The notes beneath the pieces are model-generated. The model searched no databases, was not told the DNA's origin, and saw nothing but the letters and a program-made list of their open reading frames with translations. From NCBI GenBank assembly GCA_965113315.1, contig OZ220370.1: a DNA stretch of 64,000 nt. The stretch is one strand, 5' to 3'. Position numbers and translations under genes: made by a program. The stretch is from Podarcis vaucheri. Lineage: Eukaryota. Shown here piece after piece: positions 62,601 to 64,000 of the stretch; the first letter of the stretch is position 1; every line of letters starts with the position of its first letter.

Positions 62601-63891
62601 TAACCGCACACACAAAATCACTTACCTCTTCATCTAATTCCTTCATTATCTTGTCTAATTTAATGTTTGACGTTCTAGAAAAAATAAAATTACGTTAGTG
62701 ACACTTTTTTGTTTTTGGACACTGCTCTACAACTGCTCTGCAAACAACCCAATTTAACTCAATTACACTGTAATAACTCACATCATCATGGCTGTGTAAT
62801 CTACATCCAAGTGACCAAAAGGCTGACAGTGGTGTACAGAATAGGCTACCACCAACCTGTTAATGGGTATAGCCCAATGTCATACAGAGTGGGAAGTATT
62901 CAACTAAAGAGCACTAGGAAAACAGGACTTTTGTCCCTCTCCTTCACTGTGAGTGCTCCATGCCATCTCCAATCTGCTCCAGAGGGGGAAACAATCCATA
63001 AGGGAAAATGCCTGTGCTGACGAAACCCGCAAATTAGTGCTATGTTGAATACGCATTATGTCTAACACTGATATCCTAGTTACAGATACGTAGCCGTGTT
63101 GGTCTGCCATAGTCAAAATAAAAAAAAATCCTTCCAGTAGCACCTTAAAGACCAACTAAGTTAGTTCTTGGTATGAGCTTTCGTGTGCATGCACACTTCT
63201 TCTGTGTATCTGAAGAAGTGTGCATGCACACGAAAGCTCATACCAAGAACTAACTTAGTTGGTCTTTAAGGTGCTACTGGAAGGAATTTTTTTATTTTGA
63301 CTGATATCCTAGTAACCTAAGAATTTTACTTAACTATTTCTGTGTAGAACTAGCACCTTAGATCTTAAACTAGCTCCAAATATCTGAAGCTGCCACTAAG
63401 GAATATGAAATATTTTATAGCAGCCAGAACATAATCTGAGAAGAACCAGGGTGAGCTCTAAGAGGGAAGGAAACTAAACCAAAAAGCTGGTAAATGGGAG
63501 ATTCAAAGTGACTATATCCCTACCTTTCAAATTCTTCACTCCCAAGGTAACTGATGCACATTCACCCAAGAGTGCTTAGTCTTGCTCTTAGTAATGCCAG
63601 CAAGCAAAAGCATCCTTGTTGCTACCAGCAACTCTTAAAAATATCACTTTCAGAATTGGTGCCATTAATTGGCTCCTAAGACCCTGATACTCAGTTTTGG
63701 AGGTGGGCTACAAATCTCTTGGTCTACACATATAAAATGTTAATACCATCATAATTCCCCAATATCTCTGAAGTTCTGATAACAAAGAATGAAATGAGTC
63801 ACCTGAATTTTTGTTCCATTTCATCTTTCAGTTCCATTTCATTATGTAGCTGTTCTTCAAGTTGATAGATAGTTTTCTGCAGAGATTCCAG
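35671..63891 (-). CDS. ROCK1: Rho-associated coiled-coil kinase 1, spliced CDS, 5'-partial (kinase domain beyond window end); exons 12-33
   Basis: 22 exons join in frame: coiled coil, Rho-binding domain (ERTLKTQAVNKLAEIMNRK), caspase site DDTD/G, split PH domain with C1 (HKGHEFIPTLYHFPANCEAC), C-terminus ...KNASGKAS*; synteny with USP14 favours ROCK1 over ROCK2. Confidence 0.97.
36414..36620 (-). mobile_element. decayed L2-type reverse-transcriptase fragment
   Basis: Peptide DGITLLKEQVCNLGVLLDLSVLLEAQVASM resembles the LGV.LD..L motif after the L2/CR1 RT core. Confidence 0.6.
43185..43389 (-). CDS. ROCK1: ROCK1 exon 32
   Basis: VSYDVTSARDMLLLAPCQEDQKKWVSHLVKKIPK...KVKNASGKA. Confidence 0.95.
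43444..43608. mobile_element. Tc1/mariner-type MITE with CCGTATTTTT termini (related one-ended fragment at ~52456-52520)
   Basis: TA|CCGTATTTTT...AAAAATACGG|TA; internal taacacgcac repeats. Confidence 0.85.
43889..44184 (+). mobile_element. Sauria SINE
   Basis: tRNA-derived head with A/B boxes (gtggcgctgtggt, ggttcgaatcc), body ctgccaacctagcagttcgaaagca...aataggtaccgc, (ACCTTT)n-type tail; 14-bp TSD TACTTAGTTGCTTA (43875-43888, 44185-44198). Confidence 0.9.
44528..44789 (-). CDS. ROCK1: ROCK1 exon 31 (C1 domain)
   Basis: ILYANEGECRK...HKGHEFIPTLYHFPANCEACAKPLWHVFKPPPAVECRRCHVKCHRDH...APCK. Confidence 0.96.
44900..44978 (-). CDS. ROCK1: ROCK1 exon 30
   Basis: KLFHVRPVTQGDVYRAETEEIPKIFQ. Confidence 0.95.
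45458..45546 (-). CDS. ROCK1: ROCK1 exon 29
   Basis: YVVVSSRKILFYNDEQDREHSNPSMVLDI. Confidence 0.95.
46110..46180 (-). CDS. ROCK1: ROCK1 exon 28
   Basis: ESRMEGWLSIPNKGNIKRHGWKKQ (PH domain start). Confidence 0.95.
49220..49385 (-). CDS. ROCK1: ROCK1 exon 27
   Basis: QIAEESAHKNELQMQLDSKESDIEQLRSK...PPDDTDGNVI. Confidence 0.95.
49852..50040 (-). CDS. ROCK1: ROCK1 exon 26
   Basis: AVNKLAEIMNRKDFKLDRKK...KYQKELNEIQA. Confidence 0.95.
50840..50928 (-). CDS. ROCK1: ROCK1 exon 25
   Basis: DYILKKEEEINTIKMQYEKNLNTERTLKTQ. Confidence 0.95.
51407..51511. mobile_element. short hAT-type MITE
   Basis: TIRs caggggtgggtaacct / aggttagccacccctg; TSD atttagat/atttaaat (7/8). Confidence 0.75.
51768..52057. 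mobile_element. young hAT-type MITE
   Basis: Perfect 13-bp TIR CAGGGGTCGGCAA/TTGCCGACCCCTG; perfect 8-bp TSD GCTAACAC; CpGs still abundant. Confidence 0.9.
52294..52387 (-). CDS. ROCK1: ROCK1 exon 24
   Basis: LEETNNTLTKDVAFLTKENSELNEKIKKLEE. Confidence 0.95.
52944..53109 (-). CDS. ROCK1: ROCK1 exon 23
   Basis: ETLAAQLDLAETKAESEQLARALLEEQYFELTQESKKAASRNRQEIADKDNIVSR. Confidence 0.95.
53817..53911 (-). CDS. ROCK1: ROCK1 exon 22
   Basis: TLYKTQVKELKEEIEEKNKETQKKIQELQNE. Confidence 0.95.
54081..54568 (+). mobile_element. solo LTR
   Basis: TGTCAGGG...CCCTGACA termini, internal AATAAA, perfect 5-bp TSD GGTAT (54076-54080, 54569-54573). Confidence 0.85.
54690..55370 (-). mobile_element. decayed DIRS-like retrotransposon RT/RNase H fragment
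   Basis: Frameshifted peptides VLATLKGHGFVVNATKS, LTITMDASLRNW and MDNTT match DIRS RT and RNase H motifs (LGF.VN..KS, TDAS..GWG, DNTT). Confidence 0.65.
55536..55605 (-). CDS. ROCK1: ROCK1 exon 21
   Basis: QYRGNEGQMRELQDQLEAEQYFS. Confidence 0.95.
56270..56454 (-). CDS. ROCK1: ROCK1 exon 20
   Basis: VKNITLQLEHEINKRVMTQNDLK...EAKRLAEFELAQLA. Confidence 0.95.
57113..57273 (-). CDS. ROCK1: ROCK1 exon 19
   Basis: EIEKKVKEERSAREKAENRIVQIEKQCSMLDFDLKQSQQKLEHLSEQKERLEDE. Confidence 0.95.
58273..58313. repeat. compound microsatellite (TC)n(TA)n(GT)n
   Basis: direct reading. Confidence 0.85.
58820..58970 (-). CDS. ROCK1: ROCK1 exon 18
   Basis: EKNNLEIDLNYKLKILQQRLEQEVNEHNINKARLTDKHQSIEEAKSVAMC. 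Confidence 0.95.
60154..60260 (-). CDS. ROCK1: ROCK1 exon 17
   Basis: ARVTSLQEEIKGLKNNLERVEEERKQAQDMLNHSEK. Confidence 0.95.
60433..60673. mobile_element. Tc1/mariner MITE
   Basis: TA|CAGTGGTATCTC...GAGGTACCACTG|TA. Confidence 0.88.
60732..60983. mobile_element. Tc1/mariner MITE
   Basis: TA|CAGTGGTGCCTT...AAGCTACCACTG|TA. Confidence 0.85.
61014..61260 (-). CDS. ROCK1: ROCK1 exon 16
   Basis: LEEANDLLRTESDTAARLRKSHTEMSKS...RSHGSEIIGELQ. Confidence 0.95.
61397..61488 (-). CDS. ROCK1: ROCK1 exon 15
   Basis: VSTLKDQLEDLKKISQHSHITNEKITQLQKQ. Confidence 0.95.
61753..61888 (-). CDS. ROCK1: ROCK1 exon 14
   Basis: GSQRKNLESTVTQVEKENMLLQHRINEYQRKIEQENEKRRNVENE. Confidence 0.95.
62626..62674 (-). 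CDS. ROCK1: ROCK1 exon 13
   Basis: TSNIKLDKIMKELDEE. Confidence 0.95.
63081..63299. mobile_element. Penelope-like-element-derived insertion forming an inverted repeat, containing a minimal hammerhead motif
   Basis: 14-bp TSD ACTGATATCCTAGT (63067-63080, 63300-63313); perfect 74-bp arms 63129-63202 / 63212-63285; CTGAAGA...GAAA core. Confidence 0.8.
63206..63243 (+). ncRNA. minimal type I hammerhead ribozyme motif (Penelope type)
   Basis: GTAT-CTGAAGA-A-GTGTGC(AT)GCACAC-GAAA-GC-TC^ATAC: stem I GTAT/ATAC, stem II 6 bp, palindromic AGCT stem III. Confidence 0.7.
63803..63891 (-). CDS. ROCK1: ROCK1 exon 12
   Basis: LESLQKTIYQLEEQLHNEMELKDEMEQKF. Confidence 0.93.
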
Positions 63892-64000
63892 CTTTAAATA
63901 TAAAATACAGAATGAAAATAAAAGTCATACTTGACAGGATCTTATGGGACTATCTAAATTATAATGAATTTTACAACAGCTATCTAAAATTGCTTTGAAT

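Noticed and set aside
63129-63285. microRNA precursor call
   Set aside because: The perfect long stem with TSD indicates a transposon-derived inversion; no recognisable mature miRNA

Overview
Vertebrate genomic DNA, most likely a squamate (lizard; lacertid-like repeat content including a Sauria SINE). It holds three spliced housekeeping genes in the ancestral amniote order. THOC1 (+) is present as its last 17 coding exons (224-11906). USP14 (-) is complete: 16 coding exons, 14647-29685, 495 aa, with a CpG-island promoter at ~29.5-30.0 kb and one U12-type minor intron. ROCK1 (-) is present as its last 22 exons (35671-63891) with a conserved 3'UTR. Introns carry many MITEs (Tc1/mariner-Tigger-like with TA duplications, hAT-like with 8-bp duplications), a Sauria SINE, L2/CR1 tails, two solo LTRs, a decayed DIRS fragment and a Penelope-derived perfect hairpin containing a minimal hammerhead-ribozyme motif. 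The most intriguing unexplained structure is in the 7.5-kb last intron of ROCK1: a chain of splice-site-bounded, phase-compatible candidate exons (possible nested 93-aa ORF or alternative ROCK1 C-termini) plus an in-frame stop built into the donor site. These are sequence-only inferences that need RNA evidence. Exon numbers follow the human genes as recalled, not from a database search.
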